Assembly: GCF_006345805.1 (NCBI RefSeq)
Contig: NC_042998.1
Span: forward strand, 94,984,001-95,048,000
Length of the DNA stretch: 64,000 nucleotides
Direction: 5' to 3'
Source: Octopus sinensis
Taxonomy: Eukaryota
Under the pieces are notes generated by a model, which saw only the letters and a list, made by a program, of their open reading frames with translations, was not told the DNA's origin and ran no database searches. Positions 1 to 12,049 of this stretch are shown piece after piece (the first letter of the stretch is position 1; every line of letters starts with the position of its first letter). The translations under genes were made by a program, and so were the position numbers.

Positions 1-385
1 GGAGCATCGACTCTTTCGTTTTTTCTTTCCTCTCTGGACTTTTACGCCTACCTGACAGAGAGCCATGTTCAAAACTTCCTCTCCACTCCTATTTTCTCAT
101 CTAAAAACTTTCACTGAGAGTTAATCTAATATATTCACTGTGTATGATGAATTGGCTTTTGCAGTTTTATCTTGTCTTTTTTTAAATTTTGCATTTGCCC
201 CTCTCTCTGTATATATATATATTTAAACATGTATATAGTATATAAATACATATGTGCAAGGACAAACCTGCATTCAGTGCATTCAGGAGCACAAGTTGTA
301 GATGTTGCCAGACTAGTCAATAAAAAAATGCAAAAACACACGGTGAAATGAATCAAAATTTAATATGCCTGGCTCTGATAGCTAA

Positions 386-1421
386 GAGGCCGTTCGCCAG
401 CCTCATCTGGCACCTGTGTCGGTGGCACATAAAAACACCTTCCGAAGACCCGGCAAGACTAGTCAGTCCACCTGTGCATACCTTCCTTCTTGTGACACTT
501 GTGAAGACCGGTTGAGGCAAGTGAAAATCAAATCAAATCAAATCAAATCAAAATAGACAAAATAGATGAACATCAATGGAATTTGTATCTTGTGGTACCA
601 GTGCCTGTGGCACACAAGAAATCCATCAGTGCTGTAGTCAGTGCGGTGGGCACATGACAAACACCATCCGATCGTGGCCGTTCGCCAGCCTCATCTAGCA
701 CCTGTGTCGGTGGCACATAAAAAACACCATCCGAAGACCCGGCAAGACTAGTCAGGCCATAACCCATGGCCCCTACCTGGGACGTAGTCAGTCCACCTGT
801 GCATACCTTCCTTCTTGTGACACTTGTGAAGACCTGTTGAGGCAAGTGAAAATCAAAACAAATCAAAATAGATGAACATCAATGGAATTTGTATCTTTGT
901 GGTACCAGTGCCGGTGGCACGTGGCACATAAGAAAACCATCCGAACGTGGCCGTAGCCAGTACCGCATCGACTGGCCTCCGTGCTGTGGGCACGTAACAA
1001 GCACCAACCGATCGTGGCCGTTTGCCAGCCTCATCTGGCACCTGTGTCGGTGGCACATAAAAACACCATCCGAGCGTGGCCGTCTGCCAGCCTCGTCTGG
1101 CACCTGTGTCGGTGGCACATAAAAAACACCATCCGAGCGTGGCCGTCTGCCAGCCTCGTCTGGCACCTGTGTCGGTGGCACATAAAAAACACCATCCGAG
1201 CGTGGCCGTTTGCCAGCCTCGTCTGGCACCTGCGTTGGTGGCACATAAAATCACCCACTACACTCTCGGAGTGGTTGGCGTTAGGAAGGGCATCCAGCTG
1301 TAGAAACACTGCCAGATCTGACTGGACCGGTGCAGCTTTCGGGCTCCCCAGACCCCAGTTGAACCGTCCAACCCATGCTAGCATGGAAAGCGGACGTTAA
1401 ATGATGATGATGATGATGATG
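386..1421 (+). mobile_element. RTE LINE 3' fragment (ORF end plus 3' UTR) with internal tandem duplications and (GAT)n tail
   Basis: Contains GAAGACCCGGCAAGAC, matching the ORF end of the long copy (EKTRQDK, ~41237-41259). Ends ccgtccaacccatgctagcatggaaagcggacgttaaa(TGA)n like 42083-42143. Two ~290-340-bp units are followed by four 62-63-bp units. Confidence 0.9.
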
Positions 1422-1524
1422 ATATATATATATATATATGTAGGTCCCGGGTTGAGTCGGGGTTAACCACAGTAAATAAGGTACTCAATACATAGCAGAG
1501 TAAATTAATTTATTTTATAGAAGG

Positions 1525-1575
1525 AGCTTCTACAGGACTAGAACTGTTTCATTCAAAAGAAATCATCAGGAAGCT
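1525..1575 (-). ncRNA. Minimal type I hammerhead ribozyme (mirror copy in the left arm of the palindrome)
   Basis: Exact reverse complement of 1585-1635. Confidence 0.8.
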
Positions 1576-1584
1576 AGGTCATCT

Positions 1585-1635
1585 AGCTTCCTGATGATTT
1601 CTTTTGAATGAAACAGTTCTAGTCCTGTAGAAGCT
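1585..1635 (+). ncRNA. Minimal type I hammerhead ribozyme
   Basis: AGCTTC-CTGATGA-TTTC/TTTT/GAAT-GAAA-CAG-TTCTAGTC-CTG-TA-GAAGCT. Core CUGAUGA and GAAA are intact, stem I is 6 bp, stem III is 4 bp, and the GUA triplet predicts cleavage after 1629. Stem II has 3 bp plus a U.U pair at 10.1/11.1. Confidence 0.8.
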
Positions 1636-1992
1636 CCTTCTATAAAATAAATATATATATATATATATATATACCATGCAAAATAAATCCAATGGTGTTT
1701 CTATCAGCCCTATTATTGATGTGTATAATCATCTACACTATTTCCCCTCTGTTTCTATACATGTTTGACCACTTCTAAACTTAGCCAACTGCAGTGAATG
1801 TGGTTTGTCAAAGAGATATAAGACTGAAAGATGTCTGTTACTTCACTAGTTGGCATTAAAGACAAGTTCCACTTTAAAATGCAATCTCTTTATTATATCC
1901 AACACACACACACACACACACACACATGCGTGCATATTTATATATACATCCATACATAAGTATACACACATACATACACATACACATCTTTG

Positions 1993-2347
1993 TTTTAATG
2001 CCTACTGGCATGGGTTGGATGGAGTTTATCAAGGAAAATTTTTAGAGCCAGATGTCCTTCCTGTCATCAACTCTTACTTGTTTCCAAGGAAATAATGTTT
2101 CCCTATGAGTAGAGAAGTTTTCCACAGAACATTGGAGAATGAATGACATTCATTTACAACAACCCCACCATGTCGAGACAAGGAGACAAAAACATTCACA
2201 TACCTATGTATGTACAATAAGGCTTTCAGTTTCCATGAATCTGGTTGATCTCAGGTTATAATAGAAGACACTAGCCTAAGGTACAATGTAGTGTGATTGA
2301 ACCTGAAACCATGTGGTCTGGAAGCAAACTTCTTAATCCCACAGCCA
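1993..2347 (-). mobile_element. tRNA-derived SINE with OR1-like head and RTE-like 3' tail
   Basis: The head (reverse complement of 2270-2347) matches the ggctgtgtgg...ttcagtcccactg head of 17181-17651. The tail matches the RTE end (ccatgc...gttaaa). Confidence 0.7.
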
Positions 2348-3289
2348 TCATTATCATGGTCCTAGTTAGTTTTTATGTAGTGTTACTGCCCTCTGAATGC
2401 CCTCCAAGATAAGTCACAGGCTACATACTGCTCATTCTGCTTTGGGTTTGGTTTCTATGGCAGGAAACCCTTCCATTCACCAACTACTCGACAGAGTACA
2501 CAGATATACGTATACTCAGATGTATATTTCTATATTGGCAATCAATGTGAAACCTTTAAAATAAACTCTGCTATCAAAAACTATAGCTAGTTAATTATAC
2601 CAAATATCTAATTATACAGAATGTCTAAATCTCAGATGTCTCTCTACAGACTCCTATATCTTTACACATCAATAAATATTATGTTATCTAGACATTATCT
2701 AATGTAACTACTAATTTAATTTAACTAATCTATCTATTTATCTATCTGCGTACTGATATAAACCTAATGTCTCATGCTGCCTCTCTCCCCACAAAATGTA
2801 TATATGTATGTATATATATATATATGCATATGTCAGTATCATCATTTAACATCCGCCTTCCATACTATATTTGTGTATATGTGTGTTTGTGTGTGTAATA
2901 TATATATATATATACACATATATATATATAATATTTATAGCTGCACTTGCCTTCAAATTTACACTGTCAAATAGATATGACCATTTGTTGTAAGGATATG
3001 TATATAAATACATAAGTTATAGAAAACAATATCTGAACTACTTGACCAAATAGGAATCGCATGTGAAATATCTATTTAAATTCACATAATAAACATTTAT
3101 TCACACCAACCATGTATAGAGGTTAATGACTGTATGGATATATATATATATATATACACACACACATTTGCACATATATACAGATGTATATATAAACACA
3201 CCCATATATATGCACCATTCTTTTATCAGCATTATTTTGATGCCTACTCTTTCATGCTTGCATGAACCAGACACAATTTGTAGAGAAAT

Positions 3290-3757
3290 CAAATTTGATG
3301 ACTGGCACCTGTGCCAGTGGACCTCTAAGAGCACCATCTGAGCATGATCGTTGCCAGAGCAGCTGACTGGCTTCTGTACTGGTGGCACGTAAAAAGCACC
3401 ATTCAAGCGTGATCATTATCAGTGTAGCCTTACTGGCACTTGTGCAAGTGGTACATGAAAAAACATTCGAGTGAGGTTGTTGCCAGTGCCGCTGAACTGG
3501 CTCTTGTGCAGGAGGCACGTAAAGAACACCATTTGAGTGTGGTCTTTGCCAGTACCACCTGACTGGCCCTCATGCCGGTGGAACGTAAAAGCACCCACTA
3601 CACTCTCGGAGTGGTTGGCGTTAGGAAGGGCATCCATCTGTAGAAACTCTGCCGGATAAGATTGGGGCCTGGTGTAGCCATCTGGTTTGTCAGTCCTCAG
3701 TCAAATCGTCTAACCCATGCCAGCATGGAAAGCGGACGTTAAAGGATGATGATGATG
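3290..3757 (+). mobile_element. RTE LINE 3' UTR fragment with (GAT)n tail
   Basis: gtggcacgtaaaaagcacc repeats, then cactacactctcggagtggttggcgttaggaagggcatcc ... catggaaagcggacgttaaa(GAT)n. Confidence 0.85.
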
Positions 3758-3774
3758 AATAACAATAAATAATC

Positions 3775-4243
3775 AAATTTGATAAGCTCAGAAAATATAA
3801 AGATCTGCTAATCAAAATTGAAAAGATGTAGCATCTCAAGACAGTTACAATACCAGTGATTGTAGGAGCACTCGGAATGATCAAAAAAGGAACTGAAAAT
3901 TATTTTTAAATGATCCCTAGCTTACTAGCCAGGCAGGAAGTGCAAAACACTGTCTAAACTGGTATGTCACACATATTAAAGAGAGCTTGTCACTGTAAAT
4001 TTTCTTTCCTTTTCCCCCTTTATTTAATGTTTATTTATCTACTTTTTATTTTTTCCTTTTTCTCTCTGTCTTTCCCTTTTTCTCTATCACATGACTCTGT
4101 GAATGAACAATCTGGTGTGCATGTTTTAACGGCCTGCCAACGTATACAGTACATTTCTCTGCTCTAGGTGTCAAGAAGACACTCGGCAAGAAATGGAAAC
4201 AATTGAAAGTTGATGAAAATGATAATAATAATAATAATAATAA
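3775..4243 (+). mobile_element. R4/Dong-clade non-LTR retrotransposon 3' end (decayed C-terminal endonuclease region) ending in (AAT)n
   Basis: Single frame from 3775: KFDKLRKYKDLLIKIEKM*HLKTVTIPVIVGALGMIKKGTENYF*MIP...EVQNTV*TGMSHILKR. This matches the R4/Dong C-terminal pattern KYxDL...W...IPVIVGALG...TAHILR. Confidence 0.8.
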
Positions 4244-4788
4244 TGCCCTGATGCAATACCAGATGGCGGTTCTCATGGCTTCTGATCTTAACTGATTGGA
4301 AGTGTTATCATGTACATTGTTTTGTCTTGGTATAAAAGATGGGCTACAGCAAATATTCTGCTCAATACCACAGATTTGCTTGTCAGTTGTTTGACCTTAA
4401 CCAGTTGAGCATGTCCCTTAGTGGCTGACGATATGTGCATCTCTGGTCACAAGCAGATGTAGTAGGGGAACATCATAGCTATGTGTTGAGAGGAATTCTT
4501 TGGGGTTTGGATAATTCACCTTTGGAAACAGGGGTGTTTCGTTCAACATCCTTAAACAACTCTTATTCAGGGACCTTTTGAGCAGGATGGGCTACTCAAT
4601 CTGAAGAAAATTCTAGCTGCAAGGTCATGCTCTGTTAATCTTGATATGAGATCACCATATCATGCATATATGGTTGTGATGCATGTGCCTGGTGTACCCT
4701 TATCAGATGGGTAGTCATGATGGGTATACTGGTCTTCATGTAATTGTACCCCAGTGTCACTTTGATGGTATGCACTACTCACTCACTC
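4244..4788. repeat. Unclassified ~540-bp interspersed repeat embedded in (AAT)n (copy 1)
   Basis: Colinear with 24089-24612 at high identity; no ORF; AAT-type tracts on both sides. Confidence 0.85.
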
Positions 4789-4847
<59 letters not shown>

Positions 4848-4848
<1 letters not shown>

Positions 4849-5222
4849 TCTTTCTACTATAGGCACAAAGCTTAGAATTTTGCAGGAGGGGAGTTAATTA
4901 CATTGACCCCCAGTACTCAACAGGTAACTTAATTTATTGACCCTGAAAGGATGAAAGGCAAAGCGACCCTCAGCTGAATTTGAATTCAGAATGTAGCAAT
5001 GGGTGAAATATATGCTAAGCATTTCGCCCAGTATGCTTAGCTCACTGCCTCAGTAATAATAATAATCCTTTTTACTAAGGGCACATGGCCTAAAGTTTGG
5101 TGGAGAGGGGACAAGTTAATTACATGAACCCCAGTGTTTCCCTGGTACTTAATTTATTGACCTCGAAAGGGCAAAAGGCAAAGTTGACCGCAGTGGAATC
5201 TGAACTCAGAGTGTAGCAACGG
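4848..5222 (-). mobile_element. Two tandem OK-like tRNA-derived SINEs separated by (AAT)4
   Basis: Both carry the reverse complement of the ttctgagttcaaattc...ctttgcctttcatcctttc...taagtaccag body seen on + at 42806-43020. Confidence 0.8.
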
Positions 5223-5285
5223 TCTATGTAATCTGAGTAAGTTTGCTTGTTAATATATAAAGCTGTATTTAAGATATATATATAT

Positions 5286-5332
<47 letters not shown>

Positions 5333-5539
5333 TATGTGTGAATGTTAATAATCTGAAAATCTTTCAGTGTTTGCCTTTTCGTTATTTACATGGATATGCA
5401 TTTTGTATATCAAACCCAAGCAGTTTTATCTGTTTATTCCATCATTCACTTTCCCTCTCTCTATGTTTATAATATATTATATATATAATATATACATATA
5501 TATATATAATATATATATATATAATATATATATATATAT

Positions 5540-5588
<49 letters not shown>

Positions 5589-5639
5589 TGTATATATATA
5601 TATATATATATTAATATATAAGTATACATGTCATGTATA

Positions 5640-6577
5640 TATTGGTAATGAAGGGCCTCTGCCTCAGAGTGAAAGACAGATTGTACGATGCCTGTGTGCA
5701 AACAGCCATGCTACATGGCAGTGAAACATCGGCTGTGACTGCTTAGGACATGTGCAGGCTTGAAAGAAATGAAGGTAGCATGCTTCACTGGATGTGCAAT
5801 GTCAGTGTGCATGCACAACAGGATGTAAACGTTTTTAGAGAAAAGTTAACCATAAGAGGCATAAGATGTGGCGTGCAATGGAGATGGCTGCAATGGTATG
5901 GTCATGTGATGCATATGGATGTAGTTAAGTGTGTGAAGAAGTGCTGATCTCTAGCTGTGGAAGAGGGAAACCCAGAAAGACATGGGATGAGGTAATGAAG
6001 AATGATCTTCAACCGCTGGACCTCACGGAGGCAATGACTAGCAGCTGAGACATTTGGTGATATGCCATGCTTATGAAGACTTGTCATATCAAATGAAATT
6101 GTAGTTTTGGCCGTTGTCAGTGTCACATAACTGTCACCTGTACCAGTGGCATGTAAAAAAACCCTTTCAAGCGTTGAGCCTCGTGTAGGCATTGTGACTG
6201 ATGCTGGTGTCAAGGAACTACCAACCATGCTGGTGATATGTAAAAAGCACCTTTGAAGCATTGGGCCTCATGGAGGCAATGACAAATGACCAAGACCTTT
6301 GGCAATATGCTGTGCTTGAGAATGAAGATCCATTAAGCTAAGTGAAATCATAGTTGTAGCAGATACTGGTGTCATGCAACTGGAACCTGCACAAATGGGA
6401 TGTAAAATCACCCATTACACTCAGAGTAGTTGGTGTTAGGAAGGCCATCCAATCGTAGAAACCATGCCAAATCAGATTGGGATCTGGTACAGACCCTTGG
6501 CTTATCAGCCCTGGTCAAACCGTCCGACCCATGCCAGCATGTACAACGGATGTAAGATGATGATGATGATGATGATG
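5640..6577 (+). mobile_element. Older 5'-truncated RTE LINE (C-terminal ORF remnant plus 3' UTR plus (GAT)n)
   Basis: Colinear with 40795-41260 (KGLxLRVKxRLYDACV..MLHGSET; MLHWMCNVSVH; WxQWYGHV) with many substitutions; RTE tail at ~6400-6577. Confidence 0.9.
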
Positions 6578-7074
6578 TTATGGCTTGGAAGAGGCTATAA
6601 GAATATAAATTGACAATGAATGTCATTAACACACACACACAAATATATCAAATATCATACAAGATAAATTCAAGATTTATGGAAATACTCTTCCCTTCAA
6701 GACAACTGAGGACATGTGTTTCTGCCTCAAAAGTCATCATCAGCACAGCAGTTGTTCTACCTTACCTCCAGCTGATGAAATACTTAGACATGATGGAAAA
6801 GAGCAAAAACATTTATGACCAAAGAGAAAAGAAAACTGTGTAACCAGTGGTATGAGTATTAACAACAAAAATGAATATAGGTTTATTATATACTGTACAA
6901 AATAAATTCTTGATTTATTGAAATAATCTTTCCTATGAGAAAAGGATAAACAAATACCTTGTGGCAATTTAACCTCTCAACAACTGGCATAAAGTCACCT
7001 CCCTCAATAATACACCCTCATCCAGTGGAGGGGACTTGTCTTGCAAGTTAATTGGTGACTTCATTCATGCCAAC

Positions 7075-7665
7075 ATCATGAAAAAAAAGCACCCAGTACA
7101 CTATAAACTGGCTGGCATTAGAGAGGGCATCCCACCACAGAAAACCTGCCAAAGCAGACAATGGAACCTAACACAGTTCTCTTCACTGGTTTATCAGCCC
7201 CTGTTGAATTATTCAAATGTTGCCAGCACGGAGGACTGACATTAATTGCTGCTGTTGCTGATGATGATAATGATACATTTACAATATCATCATCATTTCA
7301 TTCTCGTCTTCCATGCTGGCATGGATTGGATGGTTTGAAAGGAGCTGGTCAGCTGAAGAGCTGCCCGAGCTACATTTATCTGTTTGGCATTGTTTCTTGT
7401 GTGTGTGTGTGTGTCTATGTTTGTGTCTCCTTTCCTTGATATCACGTGGTAGTTGCAAATGAGTGTCACTGTCATACAAGGAATGCCATTCATTTCCAAT
7501 ATTCTATGCAAACATGTCTAGTCATGGGGTAACATAAATATTAATTCTTGCTTGGAAACAGGCGAGGGCTGACGGCAGGATGGGCATCCAGCTGTTGAAA
7601 ATTTATCTCAACCAATCATGTCTGACCCATGCAAGCATGGAAAAGTGGACATTAAAACAATACTA
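7075..7665. mobile_element. Cluster of degenerate RTE tails (+ then -) and the 3' half of an RTE-tailed SINE (+)
   Basis: aaaagcaccc..ttggcattag..gggcatcc (7087-7150); catcatttc..ccatgctggcatgg (7290-7330); gacccatgcaagcatggaaaagtggacattaaaa (7624-7657). Confidence 0.6.
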
Positions 7666-8559
7666 AAGACACACACACACACACACATATACGAGTATTA
7701 CATTGTCATATGGGTAATACTGGGAATATATTTTACCACTGTAAATAGTATCAGTTAATATTACATAATTAACTACATTAATTAAAATTTTCCTTTTTCA
7801 AATTTCATGGTGATTATGCAAAATGATGAAATGAAGTTTAATTTTCAGAATAAAAATATTTATCAAATTAAAACACAATTAAATTTCACATTTGTATATT
7901 TGCAATAAATGTATGCTATTAATAATGGTGTTACTGTTTAACTATCAATTAATTACAACTGTAACATATTAATAACATACAAAATAGTGTGACATTTCTA
8001 TGCATGGCTAAACAACCAATGATATTAATAGTATAGATGATAGTGATATTTATATATCTAAATATACTCTTCCCATACACATGTTATATTTATACATATA
8101 TATCTTAATGTCAATATAAAAGCATGCATACATATATACATACAATATATTACATTACATATTCATTTGTGTACATCCCTCTTTCTTTCTCTGAATATAT
8201 GCATGTGTGTGTGTATGGAAGATGTATGTGTGTGTCGTATGTGTATGTATATATATATCATCATCATCATATATATATATATATATATATATGGACACAG
8301 ACATCTATAGAACACACCACTCAGAGTGGTATTCTCCATATTCCATGTGTTACCTCCAATGAAAACAACTTCCACACAAGGAGTAGCAATCATAGTAGTA
8401 GACATAAGACAAAGAGAAGATAAGGAAGAAGTAACAGCAGGAACTGAAATTAGAGGAGGTAAATTATCAGTTGTAATTGTATAGGAGGGGGAGTAACAGA
8501 GGAAGCAGACCATGAGTGAGGGAGAGAGAGAGAGGGGGGTATTTCCATATAAGGCAGTA

Positions 8560-10450
8560 TGACCAAGGAACCAACAATTAATTCTTTTTTTGTTATATAT
8601 TATATCTATTTCTTTTATTATTATATATTTTCCTAATATCTTCCATTGTTATTTGTTCATTATACAACAAATATTTTACATCTATAGAAACAGTAGCTCA
8701 TCTGTTGCATTCAGGCAAATCTTCATAGTGCAGAAGCATAGGATTGCTTTGAATTCTATGGTTAGTTTAACACTACATGGTGACCAAAGATGAGAGTAAT
8801 ATTCCAGACAGTTGAGAACAAATTATCTCTACAGAACCAACCCAGTTTCTTGTTTTCAGAACAATCTTAGAATCCATCTTGGCAGTAACCAGTACACTGC
8901 TGCCTTATGCGCATGAAAGAATGTATCATTACTCATATTGATCACTGGGTTAAGCACTAATTTGACTCTTGTATTGTTAATCCCTGGTGGGTTTGTATAT
9001 TTTGATTGCAATATGTTTGTGATCTGAGAGCAAACATTTGAAATTTTCTAGCATTAAACTACATTTTGCTTTCATCTCTGGCCCACTTGTAAGCTGTATT
9101 TAGGTTCTGGTATATATCTGTGGCATCCATCAGAATTTTTGATTAGTTATGATAATTTAGTATCATCACTATAACTAGTGAGAGTAGTTGTCTGTTTAAG
9201 TGAAGGTATGTCTGAGTGAGCCACTACACAAATAGTAATGACCCCAAAATAGTGAATCCCTCGGGGACTCTACCCAGATTTAATGTTTCCTTTGCAAGAG
9301 CACTGTTGGTTACAATTGACTTTGACTTCTTAGAAAGACATGCAGTGATTATTTGTTTTTTCCGATGTTTGAAGTCAGACAGACAGGCCTATAATTTTTA
9401 ACCTCTGCACTACTTCCTTCTTTATGGGTAGGTCATGTCATTCATTTAACTCTTTTTAGAATGTTTACCACTTGTAAGGAAGCCTTGGAAAAGTATCTGC
9501 AGTGATTTTGCTAGCATCTGTTCACATGCTTTTAGAGAATTACTAGGAAAGCAAAAGGACTTGTTGCTCAGTTTGAGTTCCTTTCACCAAAGTTTGCTGC
9601 TTTCCAATACAGAGCTGTACTAGTGAAGAAATTATCTTAGTTATTTGCATATGTCCCATGGGCAAGGGGAAAACAATCTTGAATTCAGTTATTTTGCTTA
9701 TTCTTTGGGAGTGGGGAGTGGTCTACAGTGATTGGGTTGTTTCCTTGGAACAAAAGCAATATTTTGTACTCTACAGAAACCAATTCTTTTGCAAATTTAT
9801 AAAAAGCTTCAATGTTCAATTTTAAATTTTCTGGTTTCTAGTTTTACACTTTCCTTTTCTTGTTAGCATTTGGTTTTGTTTAAATGGGATTTCTTGCTAT
9901 CCTTAAGTGTTTCCTTTAAGTGATGTGAGATGTCTGTTTCTTGTGTCCTATATATTTTACCATCTCTAGAAATTATATTTTTGTGTGCATTGATTTTATT
10001 TTTGGAACAAATTCAATGAATTTCGCTTACATTATTGACATGAATTGCTAAAGTATTATTTAATGGTCTTGCTTAGAAAGACTTTCAGGCCTTCCAGTTA
10101 GCTTTGGGGAAATTTTGACAGGATAAAGTTTTAGTGCTTCTTGTAGGGTACATATTAATGGTTTCCTTTGGACCATTGTCAGTCAGTACTACATTATGGT
10201 TTGAGAAAGTGGTTGGCATCACCTTCACATTATAAATGAATCTTGTTATTTTTGAAGCAAAGGTTTAGAATTTTATTGCTCCTGCTTGGGTAGAACATTA
10301 TTTGTTCTCTGAACATCATATCAGAAAGATCAAATAGAGATTCTGCTTGTCTATTAGAATGGGTCCATATGCTGGTCTTTGGCTTCAACAACAAATAATT
10401 CCACATACATATCATTGTAACTATGGATGACATCATCAAAGCGGAGAAAA
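8560..10450 (-). mobile_element. Decayed CR1/L2-group LINE (APE endonuclease C-terminus plus RT), internally deleted
   Basis: Minus-strand motif remnants in correct order: QIMFYPSRSNKILNLCF (10230-10439), NYRPVCLTS (~9372-9397), RVPxGxxLGSLLF (~9235-9275), SYSDDTKL (~9152-9176), YKWARD..FNARKFQ, LEYYSHLWSP, WKILG. Many stops and frameshifts. Confidence 0.8.
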
Positions 10451-11514
10451 CAATCCCCTGCTACTAGCTTAGACACAAAACACTTAACAAAATACTGACT
10501 AACAAACTACCCTTCATGTTAACAATCCTATGAAGTATGCAACAACAATACATTAAATATTTCAATTTTCCAAACAGAAAACCACAAGGGCCTGTCATTT
10601 CACCTAAACTTTTAAGTCTGTACCTTCTAAAATCATGCACACAGCCTTATACACAGATAACATTATTGTTACATTACCACTATTCTCCAGACACAGCTGT
10701 ATAACTTCTCCAACTCTTCATTAACCACCTATAGAGTTACCTCCAAAGTACCAAGTTTTCAGTAGCACCTGCAGAGTCCACTCTTTCTCTTCTTAAAAGC
10801 AACACTAGTAAACATCAAATACAGTCAGCATTACACGGAACAGTACAAACATACTACTCACACAGAAACAGAAATACTCTTAAAACATTCACAGCTCATG
10901 TAGAAAGTATAGTAAAAGGTGAAGAGACACACGTATACTTAGACCACCCAAAGGTACTATATTTCACTAAAAAAGAAAGAACATGGCTGATATACAAAGA
11001 ATACATGAGATTCATCCTAAATTTGCAAGTTATGCAGGGTCTTCAGATCTTTTCCGACACATTACAAACATCATTAGCACAGCCCACACACACATACACA
11101 GAGGCCAACTGCATAACAAAACAAAAACAGTAAAAATGAAAGACCATCTAAATTCACTATATTTTGGATAAATTGCTTTAAAAAGATGCTGTCCAGTAAT
11201 GTTGGTTATCTCAAAATTACTGTATCCTACCCATCTAGAAGATGATTCAATCTAAGCTTCTAAAAAAGGTGCAAAAATGCACACAAAAATTGAATCTAAT
11301 ACAAAGATTTTACTCAAAATATTTATCTCATTTTCAAGGTTAACAGATTTTTATTCTTCCAATATTGTATTAATTTATATAATTATTTTCAATGAATTCT
11401 TTTTATAATCACTGTTTTTACCAGTGTTCATTAGAGTGCTAGGGAGGTATAGAAAATCTTTAGTTTTATTGTCAGGTGCTAAAAAAGAACAATTTTCTGA
11501 TAAAGTTACATGTT

Positions 11515-11890
11515 CGCAGGTATCGCTGAGTGATAAGAAGTTTGTTTTCCAGCCACATAGTTTCAAGTTCAGCTCCACTGTGTGGCACCTTAGGTATGTG
11601 TCTTCTGCTATAGCCTCAGGCCAACCAAAATTGTGTGAGTGGATCTGGTTGACAGAAACTGAAAGAAGCCTATCATATATGTGTATGTGTCTGTGTCCCC
11701 ACACCACTGCTTGACAACTGGTGCCAGTTTACATCCCTGAAACTTAGCAGTTCAGCAAAATAGACTGATAGACTAAGTACTAGGCTTAAAAAAGAAAAAA
11801 ATTAGTATTGCAGTTGATCTGTTCAATTAAAATTCTTCAAGGTGGTACCCCAGGATGGTCACAGTCTAAAGACTGAAACAAATAAAAAGA
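11515..11890 (+). mobile_element. OR1-like tRNA-derived SINE
   Basis: Head ...aagtttg..ccacat..ttcaagttcag, body ccttaggtatgtgtcttctgctatagcc, TA/TG core, tail gactgaaacaaataaaaga; homologous to 17181-17651. Confidence 0.8.
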
Positions 11891-12049
11891 AATGAAAGAA
11901 CTTATGACATTCTTCAAAAATTATGAGCCTCTATGTGAAATTTCAGTTTCCTAAGGGCAAAAATATAGCCAGCATTTTGGAAAATGCATTAATTTTTTAT
12001 CAGAACAGCCAGCTGTCACTCATGGACAAGAATTGCTTGGTAACATGTC

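Larger units (their letters stand above)
1441..1652. mobile_element. Penelope-like terminal-repeat fragment ending in a perfect palindrome (arms 1508-1577 and 1583-1652)
   Basis: The 70-bp perfect inverted repeat with a 5-nt loop (GTCAT) is seen directly. The Penelope assignment is inferred from the embedded minimal hammerhead, typical of Penelope pLTRs. Confidence 0.6.

Noticed and set aside
1008-1255. Regularly spaced repeats superficially like a CRISPR array (also 41345-41920)
   Set aside because: Units are head-to-tail with no unique spacers, lie in a LINE 3' UTR, and there are no cas genes; the DNA is eukaryotic.
8310-8460. Open frames with possible splice signals (also 2928-2976, 12961-13050, 32455-32530, 33480-33600, 56000-56190)
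   Set aside because: Weak acceptor or donor, no recognisable protein similarity, and expected by chance in AT-rich DNA.
10450-11170. A/C-rich stretch with a short open frame next to the CR1-like relic
   Set aside because: No recognisable motif; cannot distinguish LINE 5' region, Penelope remnant or unique DNA.
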